Assembly: GCA_964543075.1 (NCBI GenBank)
Contig: CAZIVT010000001.1
Location: 7,703 to 71,702 of the forward strand
DNA length: 64,000 nucleotides
Direction of reading: 5' to 3'
Origin: an uncultured Candidatus Saccharibacteria bacterium
Lineage (GTDB): Bacteria > Patescibacteriota > Minisyncoccia > Phycocordibacterales > PALSA-1337
Shown here: positions 17,026 to 27,734 of the stretch, piece by piece
How the letters are laid out: the number at the start of each line of letters is the position of its first letter
How positions within the stretch are numbered: position 1 is the stretch's first letter
Program-made: the position numbers and the translations under genes
The notes under the pieces: generated by a model
The model's database searches: none
What the model saw: only the letters and a program-made list of their open reading frames with translations
Told to the model about the DNA's origin: nothing

Positions 17026-17817
17026 CTACGGCTCGTATTCTCCGCTGGTTGAATAGCTCTGAGAACCGTAGTGAGTAGTAATTGTGTAGAGCCAGTGGAG
17101 TTCCACAACAGGACCATAGTCGACTGAATGATATCCCCCTGATCCTGCTACACAAGATGATACACAAGTCTGGGATATGCTCGGCTGATAATCACCCCCT
17201 TCTTCACCCCAATCTATCGTATATCCTGTCATACCTGTCGTATCAGAAGGAAATACCCACGTAAATTCGATCGTCGCAGATGGCTGACCGATCCCGATGC
17301 CTTGTTCCGGAATAAGTGCGACATTGGTCACTGGGCCGGGACTACCCCCTCCAGCACCTGCCAATGAGGAGGTGGGATTATTTCCATAGCAGTACTTACT
17401 AGTCGGAGCATATGCGCTGTAATCAGCTGCGAGGCAACCGATATTCTTGGAGAAAGCGCTCGTTTCCGTTTGGAGAAGGATCTCGTATTGGCTACCATTG
17501 CTCAAATATGAAGACGCCGCTCCTCCAGAGACAGCGAAACCAGCAGACAATGAACTCAGATACGGGCTGAGTGGTCCGGAGACAAGAGTCTCGACTGTAG
17601 TCCCGCCCGTGGGATAGGCTTTGTGGTCGGAGTAATAGAGCTCAAGCGCGTTCCTGACCTGAGCAACGGTCTGAATGCGAGAGGCATCTCTGCCGCTCGC
17701 CCGAGCCGAATTGAGGCTCACCAACACCACGCTCGACAACATCCCAATGATGGAGATGACCACCAAGAGCTCGATGAGGGTGAAGCCTGCATTGTTTTTT
17801 CTAGATGAGATATTCAT
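17026..17817 (-). CDS. Type IV pilin-like protein (prepilin N-terminal methylation motif).
   Basis: NAGFTLIELLVVISIIGMLSSVVL is a class III signal peptide. Confidence 0.85.
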   Translation of the reverse strand: MNISSRKNNAGFTLIELLVVISIIGMLSSVVLVSLNSARASGRDASRIQTVAQVRNALELYYSDHKAYPTGGTTVETLVSGPLSPYLSSLSAGFAVSGGAASSYLSNGSQYEILLQTETSAFSKNIGCLAADYSAYAPTSKYCYGNNPTSSLAGAGGGSPGPVTNVALIPEQGIGIGQPSATIEFTWVFPSDTTGMTGYTIDWGEEGGDYQPSISQTCVSSCVAGSGGYHSVDYGPVVELHWLYTITTHYGSQSYSTSGEYEP

Positions 17818-17946
17818 AGATGCGCGTGTATTTTATCTATAGGAAATAAGTCAAGACGATGATCGTAGCCGCTACGTTGGCTATGACCGTGCACACAAAG
17901 ACGATATAGATAGAGAGCGGGAGCTTGGGGTGGCATGCTTTGATCT

Positions 17947-18231
17947 TCATAGGAAGAATTTGATTACGATGAACGTGATAATAATGTTGATAGCTATGAT
18001 CACAAAAAGTAAGACTTGCCCGACAGCTGGAGACTTGACGATGCCTTTATTCATGAGCCACCTGACCATCCTCGGCTGATTGTCAGACTGACCAGGTACA
18101 ACACTAAAGCCCGCACTCTTGCGCAGAGCGGTATATTTCAGGCTATCTTCATCAAATTCGACACCGGAAGACATCAACCCAATTGTACCAGACATGGAGG
18201 TCTTCTTGTGACGTGTTTGTGGAAAACTCAC
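17947..18231 (-). CDS. Small hypothetical membrane protein.
   Basis: C-terminal TM helix (VLLFVIIAINIIITFIVIKFFL). The stop overlaps the fba start region. Confidence 0.4.
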   Translation of the reverse strand: MSFPQTRHKKTSMSGTIGLMSSGVEFDEDSLKYTALRKSAGFSVVPGQSDNQPRMVRWLMNKGIVKSPAVGQVLLFVIIAINIIITFIVIKFFL

Positions 18232-19094
18232 TATGCTCCCGAGACTATCCTGAGCTTGTCCTCGACCACTTTCTGCATGGCTGACTTCGCTGACCGGAGG
18301 TATTTGTAGGGTGCCACCTCATCCGGGTCGTCGGAGAATGCTTTGAGCAGGCCTGATCTGTAGGCGATCCGAAGCTCGGTGTTGACGTGGACGATGGCTA
18401 CACCTGCTCGGATAGCTGACTGGATATCATCCGCGCTATTTCCAGATGCTCCGTGGAGGACCAGAGGGATACCGGTCGCATCCGATATCTCCTTGACTCG
18501 TGCAGTATTGAGAGCCGGATCACCACCCTTGACCACGCCGTGTATATTGCCCACTGCCGGCGCGAGGAGGTCGACTCCAGACTGCTGGACGAACGCCACC
18601 GCATCCTCAGGATTGGTCATCTGCTCATCCGTGGCGGCGGCGCCCTCAGGTATGGCATCTAGGATCTTGGATGATGTGCCGATGAATCCGAGCTCACTCT
18701 CGACGATGACATCTCTGCCTGATGAGCGAGCGTACTCGACGCATCTCTTGGCCTGAGATGCGTTGTCCTCGAAGGAAAGCTGTGCTCCATCGAAGATGAC
18801 CGCATCAAAGCCGACATCGATGGCCTCCTTGACTCGCTCGAACGAATACGTGTGATCGGCATTGAGGAAAATATCCTGACCTCGTTCCTCACGAATGCTC
18901 CGGACGATCGCGGCGATCTGACGGACGCCCGTATAGTCACGCTCACCTTCGGACACGCCGATGATGACCGGTAGTCCCAGATCTCGCGCGGCATCCGCCA
19001 CGGCCCAGACCCCGTCGAGCGTAGATACGTTGAAATGGCCGATGGCCACGCCTTTCGCTCGTGCTTCAGATATATGTTCGCGTAATGTTTTCAT
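18231..19094 (-). CDS. fba: Class II fructose/tagatose-bisphosphate aldolase.
   Basis: MKTLREHISEARAKGVAIGHFNVSTLDGVWAVADAARDLGLPVIIGVSEGE...LVLHGASGNS... The preferred start is the Met at 19094; the ORF is open to 19100. Confidence 0.9.
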   Translation of the reverse strand: MKTLREHISEARAKGVAIGHFNVSTLDGVWAVADAARDLGLPVIIGVSEGERDYTGVRQIAAIVRSIREERGQDIFLNADHTYSFERVKEAIDVGFDAVIFDGAQLSFEDNASQAKRCVEYARSSGRDVIVESELGFIGTSSKILDAIPEGAAATDEQMTNPEDAVAFVQQSGVDLLAPAVGNIHGVVKGGDPALNTARVKEISDATGIPLVLHGASGNSADDIQSAIRAGVAIVHVNTELRIAYRSGLLKAFSDDPDEVAPYKYLRSAKSAMQKVVEDKLRIVSGA

Positions 19095-19159
19095 ACACAC
19101 ATGATATATTGAAAATTGAGGATTGAAAATTGAGGATTGGGGATTAACAGTGTTTATCT

Positions 19160-20182
19160 GTGATTTTCAATGGTATAATCATGCATATGTTCAGCAAAAA
19201 GATCGACCTTTTGACCATCGGCGACATCACCACCGACGCATTCATCCGTCTCAAAGAAGCCGATGTTCACTGCAAAGTCGACCACGGTGCCTGTGAGATC
19301 TGCATGCCCTTTGGAGACAAGATCCCGTTCGAATACGCCAGAGTCGTATCGGGCGTCGGCAATGCCGCCAATGCGGCCGTCGCAGGCGCTCGTCTCGGCC
19401 TCACATCTGCCCTTGTCGCCAATATCGGCTCAGACCAGAACGGCCGTGATTGCCGATCTGTCATACGTTCCAGTCGCGTCATCGACTCATATATACGGAG
19501 TCACGATGACAAGGCGACCAACTATCACTTCGTCCTCTGGTACGGCGACGAGCGGACCATACTGGTCAATCACGTCGAATACACCTATGAGCTCCCCAAG
19601 CTCCCTCAGGCATCCTGGGTATATCTGACATCGCTGGCGTCGCACACCTTCCCATACCATATGGCCATCGCCGACTATATCGAAGCGCACCCTGATATGC
19701 GCGTAGCGTTCCAGCCCGGCACCTTCCAGATGAAGCTCGGATTCGAGGAGATGCGGCGCATATACGAGCGCACCGATCTCTTCATCGTCAATGTCGAGGA
19801 GGCGCAACGCATGCTCTCGACTGATACGCGCGACATCAAGGAGCTCGTGGAGAAATTGCATTCTCATGGCCCCAAGATCGTGCTCATCACCGATGGGCCC
19901 AAGGGCGCCTACATGTCAGATGGAGATCACACATATTTCATGCCGATCTATCCTGACCCCAAGCCGCCTGTCGAACGTACTGGTTGTGGCGACGCGTTCG
20001 CGTCGACCTTCGTCTCGGCGCTGGCGCTCGGCAAGACGCCCCTAGAGGCCCTTTCCTGGGCTCCGGTCAATCCGATGTCAGTAGCACAGTTCGTAGGCGC
20101 ACAAGAAGGCCTGCTCGATCGTGCCCAGCTCGAATGGTGGCTATCGCGCGCACCAGGAGACTATCGGGCCCGGGAGATTTGA
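19160..20182 (+). CDS. PfkB-family carbohydrate/nucleoside kinase.
   Basis: Ribokinase-like fold with a C-terminal GCGDAFASTF motif. Confidence 0.8.
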   Translation: MIFNGIIMHMFSKKIDLLTIGDITTDAFIRLKEADVHCKVDHGACEICMPFGDKIPFEYARVVSGVGNAANAAVAGARLGLTSALVANIGSDQNGRDCRSVIRSSRVIDSYIRSHDDKATNYHFVLWYGDERTILVNHVEYTYELPKLPQASWVYLTSLASHTFPYHMAIADYIEAHPDMRVAFQPGTFQMKLGFEEMRRIYERTDLFIVNVEEAQRMLSTDTRDIKELVEKLHSHGPKIVLITDGPKGAYMSDGDHTYFMPIYPDPKPPVERTGCGDAFASTFVSALALGKTPLEALSWAPVNPMSVAQFVGAQEGLLDRAQLEWWLSRAPGDYRAREI

Positions 20183-20271
20183 GGAGATGGCAACTTTCTT
20201 GCCACTTTTGATTCCACATACCTCGATGATCTGTATCGGAGTATTTGATTTTTGAACAAAATGAGCACGAC

Positions 20272-21513
20272 TCATAGACGCTCCGCCTTGAATGCCTCCC
20301 ATGTACCATCTATGATCGCCTGTCGCGCATCCCGAGCCATCCGGATCAAGAAGTGCAGATTGTGTATGGACGCTAGGGTCGCCGCGAACATCTCTTTGGC
20401 TTTGAAGAGGTGGTGGATATAGGCACGCGAATAGCTCGCGCACGCATAGCAGTCACAGCCCGCTTCTATCGGTGTGATATCTTCTCTGTAGGCGGCATTG
20501 GTGATGTTGATGCGGCCTGTTCGGGAATAGAGCGTCCCATTGCGCGCCATGCGCGTCGGCGCCACACAGTCGAACGTATCTATGCCGTTCTCTATGCCGA
20601 GGATGAGATCCTCCGGCTCACCGATGCCGAGAAGATGCCGCGGCTTGCCCTCAGGGAGCTCGTCGACGACCCATCCGACGGCCGTAGCGATGTCGTCCTT
20701 GTCGAACGACCCGCCGATACCGAAGCCATCGAAATCCATCTTCCCGATCGTGCGCGCGCTCTCCGTACGGAGATCCTCATGCCGCCCACCTTGGACGATA
20801 CCGAAGAGCGCCTGTTCGGCTTTCAACCCCGCCCCTGACGGAGTTGATTTTGCACTTTCCACCTTCAACGCACGATGCCTATCGAGGCATCGTGCCGCCC
20901 ATCTGTGCGTGCGCTCCATCGCTTCTCTCTGATACTCGTATGACGCGTGCGGCGACGTACACTCATCGAAGGCGAATATGATATCTGCGCCGATGGCGCG
21001 CTGGATCTCGATAGATCGCTCCGGTGTGAAGAAATGCGAACTACCATCTATCACGGACTTGAATGACACGCCGTCTTCGGTGATCTTGGCCATGGCCGCT
21101 ACAGCTTCAGTTGGACCATTCTCTGAGGCAGCCTCTTTCCCCTCTTTGTTTGTCATAGCTTTGGCGCCTCTCTCCGCTATCTTCGATCCTCCTTTGCCAA
21201 AGGCGGCCCCGAGCGAGAAGGCCTGGAATCCGCCCGAATCAGTGAAGGTCGGGCCTGGCCAATCCATGAACTTCCCCAATCCTCCGGCCTTCTCGAGGAT
21301 ATCGGTGCCAGGTTGGAGATACAGGTGGTAGGTATTGGCGAGGACAGCGTCAGCGCCGAGCAATCTCACCTGTTCGGGTGAGAGAGATTTGACCGTGGCC
21401 TTGGTGCCCACAGGTATGAACGCAGGCGTATGGACATCTCCATGCGGCGTATGGATGACACCTGCTCGTCCACGACCGTTGGGCAAGCGGGATTGGATAT
21501 CGAAAAAAGACAT
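20272..21513 (-). CDS. tgt: Queuine tRNA-ribosyltransferase (tRNA-guanine transglycosylase).
   Basis: ...HTPHGDVHTPAFIPVGTKATVK...ANTYHLYLQPG...DSGGFQAFSL... plus the zinc-binding CDCYAC...H motif. Confidence 0.92.
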   Translation of the reverse strand: MSFFDIQSRLPNGRGRAGVIHTPHGDVHTPAFIPVGTKATVKSLSPEQVRLLGADAVLANTYHLYLQPGTDILEKAGGLGKFMDWPGPTFTDSGGFQAFSLGAAFGKGGSKIAERGAKAMTNKEGKEAASENGPTEAVAAMAKITEDGVSFKSVIDGSSHFFTPERSIEIQRAIGADIIFAFDECTSPHASYEYQREAMERTHRWAARCLDRHRALKVESAKSTPSGAGLKAEQALFGIVQGGRHEDLRTESARTIGKMDFDGFGIGGSFDKDDIATAVGWVVDELPEGKPRHLLGIGEPEDLILGIENGIDTFDCVAPTRMARNGTLYSRTGRINITNAAYREDITPIEAGCDCYACASYSRAYIHHLFKAKEMFAATLASIHNLHFLIRMARDARQAIIDGTWEAFKAERL

Positions 21514-21540
21514 AGTGTGAGCATAGGATAGCAGATGGAA

Positions 21541-21590
21541 GACCCGCAGGGTAGACCTGCGTACGCAGGTCTACCCTGCGGGTCTTCCAG
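21541..21590. repeat. 50-bp perfect palindrome (copy 1) in the divergent tgt/LOG intergenic region.
   Basis: ggaagacccgcagggtagacctgcg-ta-cgcaggtctaccctgcgggtcttcc. The same core recurs at 49427..49478. Confidence 0.9.
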
Positions 21591-21607
21591 ATGATATACT
21601 GGCATCC

Positions 21608-22303
21608 ATGAACAATCCCCATCATTCATTCGCCTTGACCCGCAAGGACATCCATGCCGAGGGGGTCAAGCGCCATCTCGACAAGATACATGACGAGTTC
21701 GCATCCGGATTCGAATTTCTCCGCAAATATCCGAAGTCTGTGACTATATATGGATCTGCCCGTACCAAGCCAGGCAGTCGCGAGTGGGACTTGGCCGAGA
21801 GCATCGGTCGCGAGATCGTCAAGAAGCTCGGTTATGCGGTCGTCACCGGCGGAGGCCCCGGGAGCATGGAGGCGGCCCACAAAGGCGCCAAAGAAGCGGG
21901 CGGGCAAGCTGTCGCCCTCGGCATAGAGCTCCCTCATGAGGGCAACACCAACCCGCACGCCACCGATCGCCTCCAGTTCACCTATTTCTTCTCGCGCAAG
22001 ACCATGCTGTCCTTCGCCGCGGAGGCGTACATCTTCATGCCCGGCGGATTCGGCACGTTCGACGAGCTCTTCGGCACCATGACGCTCATCCAGACCCGCA
22101 AGATACCCTCGGTGCCTGTCATCCTCGTCGGCTCCTGGTTCTGGAACGACCTCGCGGACTTCATCTCCAAGAACATGCTCTCCCAGCAAGAAGCGATCTC
22201 CGACTACGACATGGATATCTTCAAGATCTGCGACGACGTCGACCAGATCGTCGAGATCGTGCGCACCGCGCCGGTCTCCGAGTGGTGGAGGAATATCAAT
22301 TAG
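21608..22303 (+). CDS. LOG family protein (cytokinin riboside 5'-monophosphate phosphoribohydrolase-like / YvdD).
   Basis: ...VTIYGSARTKPGSREWDLAESIGREIVKKLGYAVVTGGGPGSMEAAHKGAKEAGG... Confidence 0.88.
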   Translation: MNNPHHSFALTRKDIHAEGVKRHLDKIHDEFASGFEFLRKYPKSVTIYGSARTKPGSREWDLAESIGREIVKKLGYAVVTGGGPGSMEAAHKGAKEAGGQAVALGIELPHEGNTNPHATDRLQFTYFFSRKTMLSFAAEAYIFMPGGFGTFDELFGTMTLIQTRKIPSVPVILVGSWFWNDLADFISKNMLSQQEAISDYDMDIFKICDDVDQIVEIVRTAPVSEWWRNIN

Positions 22304-22454
22304 ATTCAAGAAACAAGATCCAAGATTCATGACACAACTGCCCTTGTGTTTTCCTGATTCGTGAATCATGAATCTTGAATCAGTGCCGTTGTCTGCACAG
22401 AAAAATCCCGCATCAAACGATACGGGATTTTTCTTGAGATCTCTATCCTCGGGC

Positions 22455-22706
22455 TTATGCCTTGGGACGAGCCTCGGAGACGACGATCTTGCGACCATCG
22501 AGCTCGGTGCCGTTGAGCTTCTCGACAGCCGAGGCAGCATCCTCATCGGATCCCATCTCGACGAAACCGAAGCCCTTGGAGCGGCCGGACATCTTGTCCA
22601 TGATAACCGCAGCCGATTCGACGGCGCCCGCCTGCTCGAAGTGAGACTTCAGAGTGGCGTCTGTGGTAGCCCACGCGAGGCTGCCCACGAAAAGTCTTTT
22701 TGCCAT
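22455..22706 (-). CDS. RNA-binding protein with an RRM domain.
   Basis: MAKRLFVGSLAWATTDATLKSHFEQAG...KGFGFVEM... matches RNP-2 and RNP-1. Confidence 0.88.
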   Translation of the reverse strand: MAKRLFVGSLAWATTDATLKSHFEQAGAVESAAVIMDKMSGRSKGFGFVEMGSDEDAASAVEKLNGTELDGRKIVVSEARPKA

Positions 22707-22824
22707 AATGGCTTGTTACCCGCACACGGATCACTTGCGTAACACGCTAGCGGAACTCTCGTACTATATGCTAACGCGTACGCGACGAGAAACGTACACA
22801 TCCCATAGTATAGCATAGTCAATG

Positions 22825-22859
22825 CCAAAAATCAACCCCGCCGGTGGCGAGGTTGATTT
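22825..22859 (-). terminator. Rho-independent terminator after the 1610-aa surface-protein gene.
   Basis: Minus strand: aaatcaacc-tcgccaccggcgg-ggttgattt followed by TTTTGG. Confidence 0.6.
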
Positions 22860-22901
22860 GGGGTGGCTTATTCAGTTGTGAGGCTCAACAGAGGGCTGGG
22901 A

Positions 22902-25900
22902 CTAGTACTCGTAAGCACCGAGGTCCGGGCTGCCTGTGCGCAGTTTGCCGGTGATGTCGTACTGCGGGCCATCGAGGTCAGTGGTGCTGATGGTACTACC
23001 GCCGCTGGTGGCCGACTTGAGGGCGAAGGCGTCGTCGCTGGTGAAGGGCTTGCCATCGGCTCCGTACATGGCTTCGATGGTCGAGGGGCTGCCATTGTTG
23101 ACGTTCGAGGTACTGCTCAAGCCATTCTTGGTGGTCGGACTACCTGCCGGCGATACAACTGATATACCTGTGGTTTTGACAAAAGTGTTGTTGTAGACCT
23201 TGAACTCCTGCGACCAACCGCTGTTCTTTGTACCGAAGGCTATAGGCCTGGCTGTATTGTACGCTACGTTGTTGTAGAAGCGAACATACTTGAGTGCTGC
23301 AGCACTACCACCATATGCATCCTGGAGCAAGAATCCATCACCTTGAACCGACAGACCAGAGCTATTGAACATTATGCTGTTGGATACCGTGAGCCCATAA
23401 CCTCCTTTACCTGTCCATGAATTGACGATATCGCGATGAGGAGGATTCGATTCGCCAGATTTTACATTGTCACGGAAGACGTTGTGGTCAAGTATAATGT
23501 CGCCGCCGGTTTGCTTTGGATCTATCGCAAACTGATCTTCATATGTAGACCTGTAGAAATCAGAATACTCGACTCTGATAGTCCCTCCTGAAGGGGGATT
23601 GAACCCGAGGTGAGCATATCCTCCACCAAAGGTTCCATTGAAGAATGCGTTGCGCAGAGTGACATTTGATCCACTTAGCATGACTGCGACTGATCCAGCG
23701 CTCGTAGAGATGGCTCCACCAGTCCTAAAGGTAATACCCTGCCATCCTTTACCGTCGATAACTATGTTATTACCCGTAACCTTCGATGCGGCGCCAAAAG
23801 ATACCCGATCCGATGAAGCAACAGGCTCATTGGGAGCGAGTTCGAGCGAGCGGCGGATGACGATCGGAGCATTGGCGCTACCGGAGCTGGTGACATTGAG
23901 GGCATTGTAGCTTCCCGGCTGGAGCATGTAGGTCGCACCGGAGACCAGGGTGCTCGGAAGGTCGGCGTAGGCGTTGGCCCAGCTGCTGCCGTTCTTGGAT
24001 CCCGCGCCAGTCGGTGTGACATAGTAGACATTGCTTCCCGTCTGGATCTCAGAGAACAAAGCGGACACGGACACGTTACCATTCATAGTGACCGTACAAG
24101 ACGCGGCACCCGAGCATGCGCCTCCCCAACCAGAGAAGGTGTAGCCTGAGGCAGGAGATGCGGTGAGAGTGACGGAGGTGCCGGCGGCGTAGGTCGAAAG
24201 ATTCGGAGACCTAGTGACTGTACCGGAACCGGACGTGGTGACAGAGAGCGTGTAGGTGATGCTTGGATCAACATAGTCTCTCAGGTAGTCCTCGGCGGCC
24301 CAGCCATCTGCGCCGGATGCGAAGTTGACGTTCCACCAGTAGTATCCGTCGGCGAAGGTGCCGTTCTGCGTGCTCGAGACGATAGAACCGATCGCGCCGT
24401 CATTCTGGGTTCCCACCGTCGATGCGGATGCTGACGGGGCACTGCGGATGTTGAGGAAGGTTCCGGTACCGGAGACCTGGACCTGTGCGCCTGTCTGGAA
24501 CTTGGTCGAAGCTGAGGCAGTGTATGCCTCGAGACCATCCTCGCCTACCCAGCCGTCCGCGCCGGACGAGAAGTCGATATTCCACCAGGTGTAGGTGACG
24601 CCATCGACGCTCAAGACTGCAGAGACCGGACCGGCGATGACCGTACCGACAGAAGTGTCAGATTGCGTACCGAGGAGCGTGCCACCAGCTACCTGACGAA
24701 CGTTGACCGTGGAGTAGATCGGTCTCACAGTCTGTCCGATCGTGAAGGCACCTGTGACGACTACGGGCGTGAAGGCGGCTGATACGGACGTGTTGCTGTT
24801 GATAGTGAGAGTACACGTCGATGAGCTACCCGAGCATGCGCCTCCCCAACCAGAGAAGGTGTAGCCTGAGGCAGGAGATGCGGTGAGAGTGACGGAGGTG
24901 CCGGCGGCGTAGGTCGAAAGATTCGGAGACCTAGTGACTGTACCGGAACCGGACGTGGTGACGGTGAGGCTATATGACGAGACCGGAGCGGCATTGAAGA
25001 CTGCGTTGATCGTGGTGTTCGCATTTAGCGTGAAGGAACAGGTGGCGGCAGTCGAACAACCAGAGACACCTGACCAGCCGGCGAAGACGGATCCTGCAGC
25101 CGGAGTCGCGGTCAGAGTGACGGTCATGCCAGGATCACCTGATGACGTGCAGGAGTTGCCGCAGTTGATCGATCCACCCGAGGTGACCGTGCCAGCACCA
25201 GTGCCGTTCTTGGTCACTGTGACGGTGTAGGACGGGTTGGATTGCGTGGTAGCCGAGACCGCAGACGAGAGGTTGGAGACATTGCCGGCGGCATCGAAAG
25301 CAGCGACGGAATACGAGTAGGTAGTATTGGCGGAAAGCCCGGTGTTGACGTATGACCTGCCGTTGACAGTGGTCAAGAAAGCGCCATTCCTATAGACCTG
25401 ATACCCTGTCACGCCGACGTTGTCGGAAGAGGCGTTCCAAGAGAGGTTGATCTGTGAAGACGAGATGACGCTGGCAGTGAGACCTGACGGAATGGACGGA
25501 TCAGTCCCGTCGATCACCGGAGGCGTGTATTTGACGAATTTGATAGAAGAGATCGATGTGCCATTCTCACGAGCATTGACGTAGAGCGTGTGGACTCCCG
25601 CGGAGAGCGTCCATGTCTTGGGGACGATACCGGCGCAAGAATATTCATAACATGTCGTATTATTTCCTCTCCAGGTGACGTCCTTGGCTGTATTGCTGAC
25701 CGGATACTGGATATCCCAGACCTTGCCGTCGGTCGACGGATTGGAATCGATATCGACGTAGAACGAGTTGCGACCACCATCAGGGGCGGAGACTGTTCCC
25801 ACGAGCTTGTAGGTATCACCGGAGACGAGGTTGAAGGAGAACGGCGTGCCTACGGAGACATTGACCGAGGTCCCATCGGTGACCTGGGGCAGTGTGGTAG

Positions 25901-27734
25901 CGAAGATCGCGCCGACGCTCAACGATGAACCGACGGTGACGGTGCAGGTCGAGCTAGAGCCGTTGCATGCGCCGGACCATCCGACAAATGAGGAGCTGGA
26001 TGACGGGGTTGCCGTCAGAGTCACGGTCGTGCCGGCGGGTATAGAGCTCGAGGAGCAGACCGATCCGCAGTTGATGTATGACGATCCTGACGAGACGACC
26101 GATCCGGTGCCCGTGCCGGACTTGGTCACGGTCAACGAATAGACGACAGGAACCGGGATCTTGACGCTCACGCCGGTAGAGGCGGGAGAGACGTTGCCTG
26201 CGGTGTCATAGGCGGTCACATTGTACGAATGGGTCGCGCCAGGGACGATACCGGAGGTGTTCTGGAAGGTGGTGACGGCCGGAGTGATGTTGGCGATCTG
26301 TATGCCGTCGCGGAAGACCTGATACCCTATCACGCCGACGTTGTCAGAAGAGGCGTTCCAGGAGAGGTTGACCTGCGATGAAGAGACGACGGTGGCCGAG
26401 AGTCCGGTCGGGACTGACGGAGCCGACGTGTCACCTGCAGGAACATCTGTGCTGGTTTTGAAGGTTCCCGTAGATGATTTGGAGAGCTTACCTGACGCAT
26501 CACGAGACTGGACATAGAACTGATAGTCAGAGTTCCACCTGAGACCGGCGAGAATTTGGACATGGGAAGTAGTCATGCTCGATCCGGTGTCTTTGAGAGC
26601 GGAGTGGAGATTGAAGGAGCCGATACCGAAGAATACCTCGCTGTCTGACGGTATATCCGTCGTCCAATTGATGGTCACTCGATCGAGCTGTATATCCGTG
26701 ACGGAGACATTGGATATGGTGGGGCCAGACTGGGCTGGGACAGAAGAAACCGATATGGTCACTGACGACGCAGTTGATGTTCCCCCAGGACCGGAACATA
26801 CGATACTGTATGTCGTGTTAGATGTCGGTGAGACGGTCTCGCTCCCGGCCGTAGCCTTAGTGCCGGAGAATCCTGATCCTGAAGCAGAGCAGGATACCGC
26901 GTCAGTCGACGTCCAGATCAATGTAGCCGACTGTCCCGCGACGATCGATGTCGTATTCGCTGAGAGAGAAGCGGTCGGGGCTACGACCACTCGGGCGGTC
27001 GTGAACGTGGCGTTCGATGAACGAGCGACGTTGCCGGCAGCGTCCTTGGAAGTGACACGGTAGTTGTAGACAGTGTTTTGCTCGAGACCGGTGATCGTCT
27101 GGCTATGCGACGTACCCATAGCTGATCCTGTGTCGGTCAATCCTGAGTTGCTTCCATATGAAGAAGTGAGACCATACTCGACATAGGTGTCGGCGGCCTC
27201 ATTGGTGTTCCATGAGATGGTGGCACGGTCGGTAGCGATGCCGCTGACCGAGACTCCCGAGATAGAGGGAGCAGTAGTGTCCCCTGACGATCCGGTATCG
27301 CTCGAACCATTCGGTCCGGTCTTGAACGAATACGTGGGAGACTTGGTGAGCTTGCCTGATGCGTCACGTGACTGCACATAGAACTGATATGACGTATTCC
27401 TCCTCAGACCCGCGACGATCTGTCCGTGGGAGGTGACCATGCTCGATCCAGTATCCTTGAGGGTCGAGTGTGAGTTGATGGAATTGGTCCCGAAGAAGAC
27501 TTCGGTATCCGAAGGCACGTCAGTATTCCATCTCACAGTGACTCGATCTGTCTGGATGTCAGAGACAGAGACGCCAGAGATGACTGGTCCGGATACTTGA
27601 GCGGTCTGGCTCGATCCATCGATCGGAACGACTGCGAGCGGCGACGTCGACGAGTTGAAGACGATGTAGCCGAGCGAAAGCGCCGTCACGCAGAGCGCGA
27701 CGATCAGGAGGAACGATGCTGGAAAACGGTTCAT
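22902..27734 (-). CDS. Giant secreted/surface protein (1610 aa) with FN3-like repeats, InlB-B-type bacterial repeats, an SH3b-like domain and a C-terminal right-handed beta-helix.
   Basis: A signal peptide is followed by repeated FN3-like modules (...VTVRWNTDVPSDTEVFFG...YQFYVQSRDASGK...). Next come the repeats YSLTVTKSGTGTGSVVS...CGSVCSS...VTLTATP...FVGWSGAC and SH3-like segments. A beta-helix region follows (NNIVIDGKGWQGITFRTGGA...). An exact internal duplication of about 135 bp lies at 24113..24245 and 24833..24965. Confidence 0.85.
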   Translation of the reverse strand: MNRFPASFLLIVALCVTALSLGYIVFNSSTSPLAVVPIDGSSQTAQVSGPVISGVSVSDIQTDRVTVRWNTDVPSDTEVFFGTNSINSHSTLKDTGSSMVTSHGQIVAGLRRNTSYQFYVQSRDASGKLTKSPTYSFKTGPNGSSDTGSSGDTTAPSISGVSVSGIATDRATISWNTNEAADTYVEYGLTSSYGSNSGLTDTGSAMGTSHSQTITGLEQNTVYNYRVTSKDAAGNVARSSNATFTTARVVVAPTASLSANTTSIVAGQSATLIWTSTDAVSCSASGSGFSGTKATAGSETVSPTSNTTYSIVCSGPGGTSTASSVTISVSSVPAQSGPTISNVSVTDIQLDRVTINWTTDIPSDSEVFFGIGSFNLHSALKDTGSSMTTSHVQILAGLRWNSDYQFYVQSRDASGKLSKSSTGTFKTSTDVPAGDTSAPSVPTGLSATVVSSSQVNLSWNASSDNVGVIGYQVFRDGIQIANITPAVTTFQNTSGIVPGATHSYNVTAYDTAGNVSPASTGVSVKIPVPVVYSLTVTKSGTGTGSVVSSGSSYINCGSVCSSSSIPAGTTVTLTATPSSSSSFVGWSGACNGSSSTCTVTVGSSLSVGAIFATTLPQVTDGTSVNVSVGTPFSFNLVSGDTYKLVGTVSAPDGGRNSFYVDIDSNPSTDGKVWDIQYPVSNTAKDVTWRGNNTTCYEYSCAGIVPKTWTLSAGVHTLYVNARENGTSISSIKFVKYTPPVIDGTDPSIPSGLTASVISSSQINLSWNASSDNVGVTGYQVYRNGAFLTTVNGRSYVNTGLSANTTYSYSVAAFDAAGNVSNLSSAVSATTQSNPSYTVTVTKNGTGAGTVTSGGSINCGNSCTSSGDPGMTVTLTATPAAGSVFAGWSGVSGCSTAATCSFTLNANTTINAVFNAAPVSSYSLTVTTSGSGTVTRSPNLSTYAAGTSVTLTASPASGYTFSGWGGACSGSSSTCTLTINSNTSVSAAFTPVVVTGAFTIGQTVRPIYSTVNVRQVAGGTLLGTQSDTSVGTVIAGPVSAVLSVDGVTYTWWNIDFSSGADGWVGEDGLEAYTASASTKFQTGAQVQVSGTGTFLNIRSAPSASASTVGTQNDGAIGSIVSSTQNGTFADGYYWWNVNFASGADGWAAEDYLRDYVDPSITYTLSVTTSGSGTVTRSPNLSTYAAGTSVTLTASPASGYTFSGWGGACSGAASCTVTMNGNVSVSALFSEIQTGSNVYYVTPTGAGSKNGSSWANAYADLPSTLVSGATYMLQPGSYNALNVTSSGSANAPIVIRRSLELAPNEPVASSDRVSFGAASKVTGNNIVIDGKGWQGITFRTGGAISTSAGSVAVMLSGSNVTLRNAFFNGTFGGGYAHLGFNPPSGGTIRVEYSDFYRSTYEDQFAIDPKQTGGDIILDHNVFRDNVKSGESNPPHRDIVNSWTGKGGYGLTVSNSIMFNSSGLSVQGDGFLLQDAYGGSAAALKYVRFYNNVAYNTARPIAFGTKNSGWSQEFKVYNNTFVKTTGISVVSPAGSPTTKNGLSSTSNVNNGSPSTIEAMYGADGKPFTSDDAFALKSATSGGSTISTTDLDGPQYDITGKLRTGSPDLGAYEY

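Noticed and set aside
21626-22546. 306-aa minus-strand ORF.
   Set aside because: It is antisense to the LOG-family gene and overlaps the RRM gene. It has no protein-like features.
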